Translations under genes and position numbers: made by a program
In this document: positions 24,970 to 37,829 of the stretch, piece after piece
Layout of the letters: every line of letters begins with the position of its first letter
Position numbering within the stretch: position 1 is the stretch's first letter
Notes under the pieces: generated by a model
The model's input: the letters and a program-made list of their open reading frames with translations, nothing else
Databases searched by the model: none
What the model was told of the DNA's origin: nothing
DNA from: Mobula hypostoma
Taxonomy: Eukaryota
Assembly: GCF_963921235.1 (NCBI RefSeq)
Contig: NC_086097.1
Location: 124,870,001 to 124,934,000 of the forward strand
DNA length: 64,000 nucleotides
Direction of reading: 5' to 3'

Positions 24970-25029
24970 ACCTAAGTAGATAATAAAATAATCAATGCAG
25001 TCGTATGATTAGCTGTTTGTGGGCATATA

Positions 25030-25582
25030 AATTCAATGGCTACATTATTAGGTACACCTGCTCGTTAATACAAATATCTAATCAGCCAATCATGTGACAG
25101 AAATTCAATGCATAAAAGCATGCAGGCATGGTCAAGAGGTTCAGTTGTTCTGACCAAGCATCTGAATGGGGTAAGGAACTCAATCTAAGAGACTTTGACT
25201 GTGGAATAATTGTTTGTGACAAATGGGGTGGTTTGAGCATCTCAGAAACTGCTGATCACTGGGGACTTTCACACAAAAGTCTCCAAAGTTTATAGAGAAC
25301 GGTGCAATAAACAAAAAAAAAAATCAAGTGAGCTGAAGCTTTGTGGGTGGAAACACCTTCTAAATGAGAGAGGTCAGAGGAGAATGGTCAGACTAGTTCA
25401 AGTTGTCAGAAAGACGAAAGCAACTCAAATAATCACGCATTACAACAGTGGTGTGCAGTAGAGCATCTCCACACATGTTGAACTTTGAAGTGGATGGGCT
25501 ACAACAGTAGAAGACCACATACATACACTCAGTAGCCACTTTATTGAGTATAGAAGGAACCTAATAAAGTGGCCACTGAGTG
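25030..25582 (+). mobile_element. Tc1-like non-autonomous element (family A)
   Basis: Similar to 6817-7534; right end CTAATAAAGTGGCCACTGAGTG|TA; lies ~60 nt from the acceptor of ZNF706 coding exon 1. Confidence 0.85.
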
Positions 25583-26337
25583 TAGACAGTTTTAATGGCA
25601 CAGGTGATTAGACACAGTTTAGATAGTTCTAATGGCACAGATCATTAGATACATGTAGATAGTTCTAACGGCTCTCACAAGTCAAGTCCAGTCAATCAAA
25701 CAGAACAAACACTATTCCTCCCAAATCGTTGAATGAAGTTTATGATAGAAGGCGGCCATTTAATGCAATCATTTTCCCTGAAGCATGGTGACCATAAATA
25801 TATAACACTGTTGTGCTCATCAATATTTTATACAGCTTTAGCATCCGCTTCACTTGCCACAGCTGACCAGTGTAAATGTCCCATATGGGCAAACTACTCA
25901 AGATCTTTTTTTTTGTATTTATCATTTTGTACATTCATTGCTATGTCTGCCACCTTCAATTGCAGCCCCCTCAGTTCAGACAAAATTGCATTCACTATTT
26001 GCCTGTCCAACTAAGCAGCAGATCATTTCGACAAGTTCCTGCCATCTTTCAGTCAAATTATGGACTTAAACTGTTGCTTCCTACTTTTAAAATAAAGTTA
26101 TTCATTTCATTTGGACTTTAATAAGGAGTTCCAAACCCTGTAAAACCCCACTCCACACAGCCTGGGAGAAATAATACATCTGCCAAGCCCATCAAGCAAC
26201 CAGAACATTTATGATGACTCTCAAAGTAATTTCAGCAGCTTCTGTTCTGAAGGGCATTACATCTCAACAAAAGTGCTCATTACTAAATACACAAGCAAGC
26301 AGGTTCAAAGAAAAAGGTAGGCAATGAAAACATTATA

Positions 26338-27366
26338 TAGTGGTCTCCAGTTAATTTGGATACATCAGGCCCTGTACATTTTGGCCAAATTAAGTGGCTG
26401 CCCCAATTAGCCAAAGTTACATTGAAATAGTTAAAAAGGTATAAAAAAGACAAACTACTGTTTAAGTAAGTGAAATATAGAATAAATTAGAACACCAATA
26501 TTACTACAGTACTACAAAATTGTATTAGTTTCTAATAGTTATTGACAGAGGAATTCACCCAGTGTACACTACCACATTCTTTTGATTGACTGTAAATGAA
26601 CAAAATCAACACAGACACCTGGGGCAGATAATGAACTGCCTTCATATAATGCTTTCGACGATTGCATCTGCTAAATCTTCGTTTCCATTGAGACATTCAA
26701 CATAACTTGTTGATACCTTCAGATTCTTTGTACTTCCTAACATGTAGTGAAAATGTTTCTAGTATTTCCAAGATAAGAAAATCTGCAGATGCTGGAAATC
26801 CAAGCAACAGCCAAAATGCTGCAGGAACTCAGCAAGCCAGGCAGCATCTATGGAAAAGAGTAAACAGTCTATGTTTCGGGCTGAGACCCTTCATCAGGAC
26901 AGTTCTAATGAAGGAACTTGGCCCGAAACATCGACTGTTACTCTTTTCCTTAGATGTTATGTGGCCTATGAGTTCAACCAGTATTTTGTGTGCTTTCTAA
27001 CAAACATCTCCAAGCCTGAATACTTGAAACTACAGTGAGCAAAGCAGTTCTGAATTATCTTGTGCTTATTTCTCGCCAACTATCAGTGACAAAAATCACT
27101 GCTTTTTGAACAGAAACACATTTAACTGATGCTATTTAAAAACTGTTCACTCTAAGCACAGCGCAGTGTCTAGCGTCATTCACATGCACTTGATGGCCAT
27201 TGGTTAGAAACTGTTCGGCAACAGTCTGCTGTTCCAACTGAGTGGCATACAGTCCCAAATAAACAAAGGGAATTCCAGCTATTTTCTTGATTAGTTTTTG
27301 TTCTTTAAGAGTGGTCAAAAGGAGCTGCCCTGATTAACCAATGGTCCAGTTAACCAGAGTCCACTG
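26338..27366. mobile_element. Tigger/pogo-like non-autonomous DNA transposon
   Basis: Imperfect TIRs (TAGTGGTCTCCAGTTAATT / CAGTTAACCAGAGTCCACTG) flanked by TA; hosts a Penelope hairpin. Confidence 0.65.
26770..26993 (-). mobile_element. Older Penelope-derived palindromic element
   Basis: Diverged inverted repeat centred on CTTCATCAGGACAGTTCTAATGAAGG. Confidence 0.75.
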
Positions 27367-27995
27367 TATATAAAATCTCCAAAGTAGCCAGACTGATGAA
27401 AAAGTGTACTTGGGACAGCAAAGAAATTTACCAAATTTGAGTTTTGATCTTTATTCCATTACTCCACCTTATTTGTTTGTTTTCCCAAGAGGTCAGGGCA
27501 TTGTAACATAGGAGGAAAAAAAATCTGAGGTATGTTGAGAGGAAAAAATAGATTGAAACAGTTAACAATTGTTCCTCAAAACTACAAACTCTAGATTTTG
27601 TCTAAATGCAATTGTCAGTCATACTTAACTGCCCCAATCACTTCACGATAAGGTGTGACTTCACCCATTTACTAATACCAATTTCAACTGCTTTGACTGA
27701 GTACCAGTTTGGTTTAATCACTGCAGCACAAGATATTTTTCCCAAGTTAGAAAAAACAAATACATGCCCAAGAAGTGCCAGGTGAGCTGTCTCAATGACT
27801 ATCACACAGTCGCACTCACAATTACTGCAATGAAGTGTTCCGTGAGATTGGTTATGACTAGAATCAGCTCTTGCAAGGACCTGCAGTCACTAATTCACCC
27901 TCTACCACAACAGGTCTACAGAAGACTCAATCTCATTGGCTTGCCACTCTGCTTTGGAGTACCTAGAAATAGCAAAATGCATGTCGTTTATCAAT

Positions 27996-28220
27996 GCAAA
28001 CACGAGGAATTCTGCAGATGCTAGAAATTCAAGCAACACACCTCAAGGTTGCTGGTGAACGCAGCAGGCCAGGCAGCATCTCTAGGAAGAGGTACAGTCA
28101 ACGTTTCAGACCGAGACCCTCCGTCCTGACAAAGGGTCTCGGCCTGAAACGTCGACTGTACCTCTTCCTAGAGATGCTGCCTGGCCTGCTGCGTTCACCA
28201 GCAACTTTGATGTGTGTTGC
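27996..28220 (-). mobile_element. Penelope-derived palindromic element
   Basis: Near-perfect inverted repeat; 14-bp TSD TGTCGTTTATCAAT (27982-27995 and 28221-28234); inserted in a Rex1/Babar RT remnant. Confidence 0.85.
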
Positions 28221-31200
28221 TGTCGTTTATCAATTGCACTTTGGTGTACAATACCAACACTCCTTTTGTATTAATCACCACACTTCAAAACCTGGCTCTC
28301 TATACCTTGCTCTGAAACTGGATCCTCAACTTCATCAGGAGACTACAGTCCGTTGAGGATTGGTAATAATATCTTCATCTCGCTGACAATCAACACAGGC
28401 ACATATCAAGGACGTTGCTTATCCTGCTATTCCACTCTTATGACTATTTGGCTAAGCACTGCTCCAACAACATCTATAAATTTGCCAATGACACTACTGT
28501 TGGTAAAATCTCAGACAGCAACGAGGATACGTAGAGCATTGAGGTAGGTCGGCTGATTGAGTGACAACACAACAACAACCTTTCTCTCTCAGTATGTCAG
28601 CGAGACCAAGGAATTGATTATGGACTTCAGGAAGGGGAAGCTGGGAGAACACACACCGATCCTCATTGAGCAGTCAGTAGTGAGGAGGGTGGGCAGTTTA
28701 AATTCCTGAGTGTAAATATCTCTGAAGACCTATCTTAGTCACAACATATTTATGCAATCATATAGAAGGCACCCCAGCAACTCATACTTTGTTAGGAACT
28801 TTGAGGAGATTTGTACCCCTTATCTATGAAAAGATGTGCTGGCATTGGAGAGAGCCCAGAGGAGGTTCACAAGAATGACTCTGGGAATGAAAGGGTTAGT
28901 GCATGGGGAGCATCTGATAGCTCTGGGCTTATCCTCACTGGAGTTTAGAAGAATTAAGAGAAATTTTTCATTGGGCTGCAATCATCACAAGAAGGTGTTT
29001 GTTCATGAGGTAAAGTGAGGTTTAAAAAGGGCTTGGGGCCTTTTGGAACTTTTTGGCATACAACAATCACAAAATCTCTTAGGCACTCAGCAGTAACCAA
29101 TGAAAAGAAGTGAAGTGTAAGTGGTGTGCTCATTGTTGGAGTGGACAGTGTTGGAGTGCCAGGCTTTGGATCGGAAAGCTTAAGCGAGAACAGGCACAGG
29201 CTAGAATTTAAGCTTGAAAAAGTAACAGGTATAACAAGTGTAGGCAGGATGGCAGTTAGTTAAGGCAGTTGAACGTTCCTCCTGTGAGATGTGCGATTTC
29301 AGGGTACCTAACAGTTTCCCTGAGCACTATATCTGCAAGAAGTGCATCCAATTTCAGGTCCCAACAAGGTCAAGGAACTGGAGCTGGATGCATTCAAATT
29401 GTTCACGAAGCTGAAAAACTCAGATTAGACTTTTACTGAGGTGGTCACACCCAGAGTTGAGGCTTCAGTTAATAGATAGATGACCACTAGGAGAGGCAAG
29501 GGGTGTAAGCAGTCAGTGCAGGGTTTACTGCTGGGGGAGGCTCCAATGCACAGGATTATAGGAGGATCCTGAGGGTTGTAGACTGACCCAGTTCCACCAT
29601 GGTCACAACTCTACCTAGCAGAGGGCATCTTCAAGGGGCACTGCCTCAAGAAGGTGGCATCCATTATTATTAAGGAGCCTCATCATCAAAGCCATGCTCT
29701 CACTATTCTCACTATTACCATCAGGAAGGGGGTACAGGAGCCTAAAGATCCACACTCAACAATTGAGAAAGTTTGTTCCCCTCTATCAAATTTCTGAATA
29801 GTCCATGAACATTCCCTCATTATTCCTTTTTTTTTGCATGGATTTAAATTCTATAGTAGTTTTGTCTTTGCACAGTACTGTTGCTACAAAACAACAAATT
29901 TCACATAATACTGACAATAAACCCATCTCTGGAATTATTATTAATGTTACACATGCTGAGAGAAAAACTTTGCTTTGCACATCATTCATGCAGATCATTT
30001 TAAGATACAAGTACACTGCAGTAGATTGTGAGATCAAAAGGTTGTTGCTGTCGTACAAGCAGTCCATTCAAGAGTCTGGTAACAGTGGTGTAGAAGTTAT
30101 CTTTGAGCCAGTTGGGGTACATTTAAGTTTCTAATCTTCTGCCCAATGAATGGGGCAGGAGAGAGAATGACTGGGGTGGGGCTCATTTGATTACACTACC
30201 TTCCTGAGGCAGCATGAAGTGTAGACAGGGTAGACGGTGGGGAGGCTGCTTTTTGTGTTGCACTGAGCTGTATCCACAATTGTAATTTCTTGCAGTCTTG
30301 GGTAGAGCTGTACAGGCTGCAATGCATCTGGAGAGGATGCCTTCATGGTGAGGGTCAATGGGGACATGCCAAATTTTGAGGATTAATTGGAAGCCTTCTG
30401 AGGAAGTAGAGGAACTGATGCGCATTCTTGCTCAGAGTCTGTGGTTGGACCAGGACAAACTAAAAGTGATATTAGAATCTCAACCCTCACTTCAGCAAAG
30501 ATTAAAGAGATTAAAAGATCAACTTTGTCACATCTATATCAAAACCTACTATGAAATGTACTGTTTGTGTCAAATCAGATCAGTGTGGATTGTGCTTGGC
30601 TGTCCACAATTGTTGCCATGCTTCCAGCGCCAACAGGGCATGCTCACAACTTACTAACCCTAACCTGTATGTCTTTGGAATGTGGGAGAACCTGGAAACT
30701 CAGAGTCACGGGGAGAATGTACAAGCACCTTACAGATAGCAATGAGAACTGAACCTCATTCATTGATCGCTAGCTGGCACTAACCACTATGCTACATGCC
30801 ATCATTTTGTCAATGATCTCTGCCTTCCGAGAGGTGACAGTGATCCATATATTCCAGTATTTTATTGTGGGGGGGCGGGGGGAAGAATCTGGATTGTCGG
30901 GTCGGTGACAAGAGCAGATTTTACAATACCTTTGTCTTTCAGATGTTTAGTACAAGGCCCACCCTTTAGGAAAATTCAACCGATGAGCCAGTGACAAATA
31001 GATGAATATGGCTCACTCCACTTCCTGAAATCACTGACAAGCTCTTCTGTTTTGCTGATATTGAGGGAAACATTTAGTTTCTTGGAAACCAAAAATAATC
31101 AAAAGTATGCCGGAAAAGCTCATTATTTGAAATAGTTGAACTTAAGTGTTGGATCCAGGAGGCACTAATATATCTAGCTGGAAGTTGAAGAGTTGTTTCT

Positions 31201-31367
31201 CAGTTAGACTGAAATGACAAAAGCTAAAGCCACAGATAAAGTCACAGTGGAGATTTAAAGCAACAAGTAACTAAGCACAAAGTAATCCTTGCAACTGGTC
31301 AGAGATGCTCTGCAACATTGTCACCCAATCTGTTGTTGACCAGTAAAAAAAACAGTACTTCATTTGT

Positions 31368-31601
31368 AAACAACAGGAATTCTGCAGATGCTGGAAATTC
31401 AAGCAACACACATCAAAGTTGCTGGTGAACGCAGCAGGCCAGGCAGCATCTATAGGAAGAGGCGCAGTCGACGTTTCAGGCCGAGACCCTTCGTCAGGAC
31501 TAACCTGACGAAGGGTCTCGGCCTGAAACGTCGACTGCGCCTCTTCCTATAGATGCTGCCTGGCCTGCTGCGTTCACCAGCAACTTTGATGTGTGTTGCT
31601 T
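31368..31601 (-). mobile_element. Penelope-derived palindromic element with hammerhead motif
   Basis: Perfect 98-bp inverted repeat (31401-31498 / 31504-31601); 13-bp direct repeat CTTCATTTGTAAA (31358-31370 and 31599-31611); CTGACGA...GAAACGTC core. Confidence 0.85.
31465..31502 (-). ncRNA. Minimal type-I hammerhead ribozyme motif (Penelope-type, predicted dimeric)
   Basis: UAGUC-CUGACGA-AGG-GUCUCGG-CCU-GAA-ACGU-C/GACUG: stem I, intact core, stem II and a palindromic ACGU in place of stem III. Confidence 0.7.
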
Positions 31602-32723
31602 CATTTGTAAAGTTGATTTGCAAGTCCATGCAATGGGAAGGCAGGAGGTAAAATAAGAGCAACACATCTTGTACCTTGCAATACACACTGTGGAAAAGAA
31701 GAATAGCTTTTGTGGAGATAGAGAAGTGAACTAGAGTATACTGCAAGAACAGATCTTCAGAACACTGAGGGAAGAGGGTTAAGTATGCTTACTAGTAGCA
31801 TTAGTAGGAAAAGCGATTTGTCAGTTTTAGAGGGCATTGGGATAGAAGGCCACCTTCTCTTCTTAGGCAGTCAATTATGATCAAGGGTTATTTACTTTCC
31901 CAGTTTTAAGAGTTTGAAGGTGGCAGAGGAAGAAAATTGGAAAATCACCATCTTTTCCTCAGTTGGAGAGATTGCACCCAATAGGGTAGTCCAGGAGCTT
32001 GATGGTGTCCTTCAGTCACCCATTTTACATCAACACATAGATTCTAGTTTATCTGCACCAAAGAAAATATTTTATTTTGAGCAGTCAAGGGCTAGTGATT
32101 CTTAGGAATCAAGTGAGGATATTCCATTTCAAGAAGGCTTTGAGTACATTGCTGAATATTTAAATCTGTAGTGGTCATTCTAAGCACCACGATAGGAAGT
32201 GGGGAAAAATGAGTCAAGGGGTCCATTGTGCTGAGTGAAGCTTCTAAGCAAGAGAAGCTTCAAAAACATAGACAGCAGAACAAATTATTTGAGTTAATAC
32301 CTCAAATAATACTTCAAGGAGCCAATGACATGGAGAACAGGGAATGAGGATTTTGCTTAGAGTCTGCTCACTTAGGAGTCAAAATAAAGGATCTCAAAAT
32401 GCAAATCTTTCACCAAAATGTCTACCTGGGGGTCTTGCATCAAAGTTATTCCAGCCCAGCAAATTAAGTTGTTTTGTAAGCTCCAAGCAATTAGTGCAAA
32501 TTCTGGCTACACCAGGTGTTCCTTTACTACACACATGTATTTGCACATCTACATACAGTCTCTCCCTTCGTAATAATGTAGATCTAGGCCAGTTTTATAG
32601 TTGTGCACTGTGAAATGCAGTGGTACACAAAATATTGATTATGTACAACCTGATGAAGGGTCTTGGGCCAAAATGCCAACTGTTTATTTCCCCTCCATAG
32701 GTGCCTCCTGACTTGCAGAGTTA

Positions 32724-33223
32724 AGGCTGATTTATACTTCTGCATTAACTCGACGCAGTAGCCTACGCAAGTGACTTACGTACGTTGTGAGCATTTATAC
32801 TTGTGCGTTGGTGTGACTGCGTCGCTCTACAATTCGCGCACGTCACGCATGCGCACACACCTGCCCATGCAAGGCTTCATGGTCAAGGTAGTCTTTCTCG
32901 GGGTAAACAAGAAGCGAGCGTCTTTTTTCGTAAAAGTGAAATGTGTTCTCCATAATTTCGGAGGTCTGTAAAGCTTTATGGAAAGCATTGCAGCCAGAGT
33001 TCCTTCCCTGCTCTTCAGTCACCGAATGGGAAGCTATTGCAGCGTAGGGGGAAATGCAATGCTACCAAGTGGACCAATCACAGCTGCTGCGGTCTGCTTT
33101 GCCACGACGCGTAGCTACATTTTGGGAGAGATGTGCGTCAGGCTACGGCGTAGGGATCTGCATCGGCTCTGCGGTGATGCAGTACTTACGGCGTTGAGTT
33201 GACACAGAAGAATGAATCAGGCT
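32724..33223. mobile_element. PIF/Harbinger-type MITE
   Basis: ~33-bp imperfect TIRs starting AGGCTGATTTATACTTCTG; 3-bp TTA TSD (32721-32723 and 33224-33226); CpG-rich; splits a Penelope end fragment. Confidence 0.75.
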
Positions 33224-33449
33224 TTAGTCCAGCATTTTATGTGTTGCTCAAGGTTTGCAGCATCTGTAGAATCTTTTGTCTATAGTTATGTATAACTAAA
33301 ATAGGAGCAAAATTAGGTCATTCCGCCCATCAAGTCTGCTTCGTTATTTGATCATAGCTCATTTTGTCAGCAGCTAGGGACTGGGGCGTGAACACACGTG
33401 ACACATTGTCCACTCAGGTAGGCAGAATCATGCGTTATATCTCGCATAT

Positions 33450-33955
33450 ACAATCAGGGGCCAATTTTATTAGGTACATCTGCTCATAAATGCAAATATT
33501 TCAGCTATTATAGCAGCAACATAATGCATAAAAGTAGGCAGACATGCTCAAGAGGTTCAGTTGTTTTATAGATCAAACATCAAAATGGGGAAGAATGGGA
33601 TCTAAGTGACGTCATACAAGGTGTTTGAGTGTCTTGGAAACTACTGATTTCCTGCTATTTTCACGTACTAACATTCGCTAGAGCTTACAGAGAATGGTGC
33701 AATAAACAAAATAACATCCAGCGAGCAGCAGTTCTGTGGGTGAAAATGCCTTGTTAATGAGAGAGGTCAGAGAAGAATGGGCAGACTGTTTCAAGCTTAC
33801 AGGAAATCGACTGTATCGCAAATAACCATGCATCACACCAATGGTGTGCAGAAGAGCATGCTTGTACGCACATATCGAACCTTGAAGTGGGTGGGCTACA
33901 GCAGCAGGAAAGCACAAACGTACACTCAGTTGCCACTTTATTAGATACCTCCTGT
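33450..33955 (+). mobile_element. Tc1-like non-autonomous element (family A)
   Basis: Same TIR and internal sequence as the other copies. Confidence 0.8.
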
Positions 33956-36454
33956 AGATTCTGACCATTCTCAAAAGGCCACTTGAAAAGATCCCAAACA
34001 AGGGTCATTATACAAGTCAAGGCCACATGGAACCAGGAGTAAATTAGAGATTGAAATCAGATTGACTGCAAGCACGCCATATGGGATAATGATTCCTTTT
34101 TTAAAATGGATAAATGACAGCTACTTCAGATGTGCTACAAGGATCAACATTGGGGCCTCCAATATTGAAAATATTATTGACTGAGAATTAGCCATATCTT
34201 ATTAAATGGCAAAGCAGGTTTGCGACATTTAGAGTCAGAGTCATAGAGTACTCTAGCACAGAAGCAGGGTCTTCTACCCTTCTAGTCCATGACAAACTGT
34301 TATTCTGCCTCGTCCCAACAACCTTCACCTCGGCCATATCTCTCCCACCCATGTACTTAACCAATATGTTACAATCAAACCTGCATCCACTCGTTCTGCT
34401 GGCAGCTCGTTCCACACTTGCAGCACACTCTGAATGAAGATGCTCCCCCTCAGGATCCCCTTAAATATTTCACCTTTCAATAGTTCCATTTAATAGAGAA
34501 GGTATACAATATACGACCTGAAATTCTTGCTCTTCGCAGACATCCATGAAAGCAGAGTACCCCGAAGAATGAATGACAGTAAAAACGTTAGAACCCCAAA
34601 GCCCTCCCCACACACAAGCAGCAGCATCAACCCTCCCCCTCCCCCACTTACTACAGCAAAAAGCATCACCCACCAAGCAAGCAACATCAAAGCCCTCCAA
34701 GAGATCATGATCTGCAGTACAACAAAAACTCATTGTTCCCCCGACAATTCAGCATGCCACAGGCTCTCTCCCTTCCCAAGGGGAAGAGAGGTGTCGACAG
34801 CAAGAAGGAAGACAAACAAAACACCGATGAGTGGATGATTGCAATGATAAAGTTTCACCCTTAACCATGACCTCTAGTTCTAGATTCGTCCGCCTTAATG
34901 GAAAAAGCCTGTTTACATTAACCCTATCTATACATCTCATAATTTTGAACAATTCTGTCAAATCTTTCTTCATTCTCTTACATTCCAGGGAACAAGGTCT
35001 TAACCTGTTCAACATTTCCATACAACTCAGGTCCTCCACGACCCAGCAAAATCCTCGTAAATTTTCGCAGGCCTTCTTCAATCTTATTGATATCCTTCTT
35101 GTAGGTAGGCGACAAAAACTGCATACAATACTCTAAATTTGGCCTCACCAATGTCTTATGCATCTTCAACATAATGTCCTAACTCCCGTACTCAATACTT
35201 TGAATTAAGGAAAAAGTGCCAAAAACCTTTCTTAACAACCCCATCTACTTGTAACGGATCCACTTACACAGGGATGTATTGAGGCTAAGGTCTTGAAGCT
35301 TATTGATTAGCTTTGAGGGGATGATGGTATTGAATGCCGAGCTGTAGTTGATAAAGAGCATCCTGATGCAAGTTTCTTTGCTGTCCAGGTGTTCCAGGGT
35401 TGAGTGACGTGTCAATGAGATGTCATCTGCTGTGGACCTGTTGCTCCGTTACGCAAACTGGAGCGGATCCAAGTCACTTCTTAGGGAGGAGTTGATATGT
35501 TTCATCACCAACCTCTCAAAACACTTAATCACTGGATGCAAGTCCTACTGGATGATAGTTATTGAAGCAGGTTACCATGTGCTTCTTGGACAGCAGCAGG
35601 TGAAGCCTGCTTGAAGCAGGTATGTGGAGGTAAACCTACAGTAACAGGGCAAAATCTTGGTGAACACTCCAGCCAGTTGATCAGCACGTGTCTTTATTAC
35701 TTAGCCAGGTACCCCATCTCCAGGTTCAGGAAGTTATTTCCCTACAACCATCAGGCTCCTGAGCTGGTGTGGATAAGTTCACTCACCTTAACTCTGAACT
35801 GATTCTACAACCTATGGACTCATTTTCAAAGACTCTACAACTCATGTTCTCAGCACTATTTTTTATTTGCACAGTTCCACTTTTTTCACATTGGTTGTAG
35901 TTGCCTATTTTTATGTATAGTTTTTCATAAATTCTATTGAATTTCTTTATCTTTCTGTAAATGCTTGCAAGAAAATGAATCTCAAGGTAGCATATGGTCT
36001 ATGTACTTTGATAATAAATTTACTTTGACTCATTATCCAAAAATCTATTGATCTGTCTTGAATACAGTATCTGAAATCATGACATTGGAATGAGGAAATT
36101 AAAGATTCATAACTTTGAGCAAGATATTTCTACACTTTAGTCTGCATTACTGAAATGTTCATTTTAATAGGTTGACCTGGCTACAAAACTCCAAATCAAT
36201 TGTGGAAGAATAGCAAGCACGTGAACCTTGATTATTAATTGTAATCTGAACACTTTGGTGTAGAGGACAGTACTCTTTGAGTTCTTTCTCAAGCGAGATA
36301 GAGCAGCTAGTTGAGTGGTGTTGGAACAATTTTATAGTTTTTTTTTATTATGTATTGCAATGTACTGCTGCAAAATAATGAATTTCACAAAATAGAACAG
36401 TGATATTAAAACTGAATCTGATTTATTAAATGCCCATCAAAAATACAGTGAAGT

Positions 36455-36570
36455 GCACAAACACGAGGAAATCTGCAGATGCTGGAATTTCACGAAGGGT
36501 CTCGGCCGGAAACGTCAACTGTACCTCTTCCTATAGATGCTGCCTGGCCCGCAGCAACTTTTGTGTGTGT
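36455..36570. mobile_element. Collapsed Penelope-derived palindrome
   Basis: 9-bp TSD CAGTGAAGT (36446-36454 and 36571-36579); short left-arm stub joined to a right arm. Confidence 0.75.
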
Positions 36571-37829
36571 CAGTGAAGTCCATTTGTATTAATAACCGAC
36601 ACAACCAGGGATGTGCTGAGGACAGTCCACAAGTGTCGCCACACATTCTGTTACCAACAAAGTATGCCCATCATACTTGGCAGAACACAGAAAACAAGCC
36701 CCGTTCCTCCTTGCCACCCACGCACATACTCAGTCCCAGTCCTCTAACCCCAGGACAGGCCATCTTCAGCCTCCAGCAGACTTGCGGATTCACAGACATT
36801 GGGCTTTCGACATCCCCAGTGGATTCAGAGGATATTATGGTATAGTAACAGTCAAAAATCAGATGAGAGTTTTTCCTCCCAAACATGCTCAGAAATAATT
36901 TACTGCGCCTGGTGGGGGAAGGGAAGAGAAAACAGTGCAGACCACCATTTTCCTTAAGCAATAGGAAATTACTACAATTGGAAGGTCAAAATAGCCTCAG
37001 CAAAACAGTGACTCAGCCAAATAGGGTAGTAATTTATTGATGACTAGCTCAGAATGCATGAGAATGCGAAGTTGGAATAGCAAATTCAACAGCAAACCAA
37101 AGTAAGAAAGCCAAATAAGGCAAAAAAGGGATAGAACTGAGACAGGGAAAGAATAAAAATCAATAATTATTGATGCATTCCTCTGGCCTTTGTTAACTGC
37201 AGTCCCAAAGATATCACTCAGTAGAAACCATGACCTATTGCCGCATTATGAAGACAGAAGCCCCTTCTCCAAAAACAAACAAATAAAATTAATGAAACCA
37301 TGAGTCAGACCGGAAACATGCCATTTTTGGGAAGATAGCAGCATCTCATATCAAGATGCAATGTGTTAAAACTTTAATTAGACATCTGGCTTTGCTTGAA
37401 GTTACTATTATTTGCATTTAAAATGACAGCAAATGGGGTGGAACTTGCTGCATGAAGCCAGTTAGTTCTGCACAAGCTGTCTTGTCAGGAAACTTGGAAC
37501 TGATTTAAAGGTTTATAAATTGTTGAAGTGTTTTCAGTAATTAAATTGAATAATTTCTAAAATTATAAATCAATTAAACTTTTAGCAAAGCCTGGGCTTA
37601 AACGCTTGTCGATATGAGCTGTTGTGTGGGTGGGTAGGAGTCATCGTACACCGTTCACACACCTTTGTGCACAACCATGCTAATACAGATGACAACACTA
37701 TTTTGGATCGGGATGGCATCAGGCACTAAAATGGCATTTGTGGACCCAGCAACATTAAAGCTGATGGTTGATTTGTACATCCGTGATGAGTGTAGAGGAC
37801 TCATTGCCAGCAAAAAGCTCTGACTGGAG

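Noticed and set aside
27994..28356. 120-aa ORF and similar ORFs at 26707-27000 and 31450-31746
   Set aside because: Translations of the palindromic Penelope-derived repeats, not genes.
32724..33223. Second CpG-island promoter
   Set aside because: The CpG richness is confined between TIRs and a TTA TSD, so it is a MITE.
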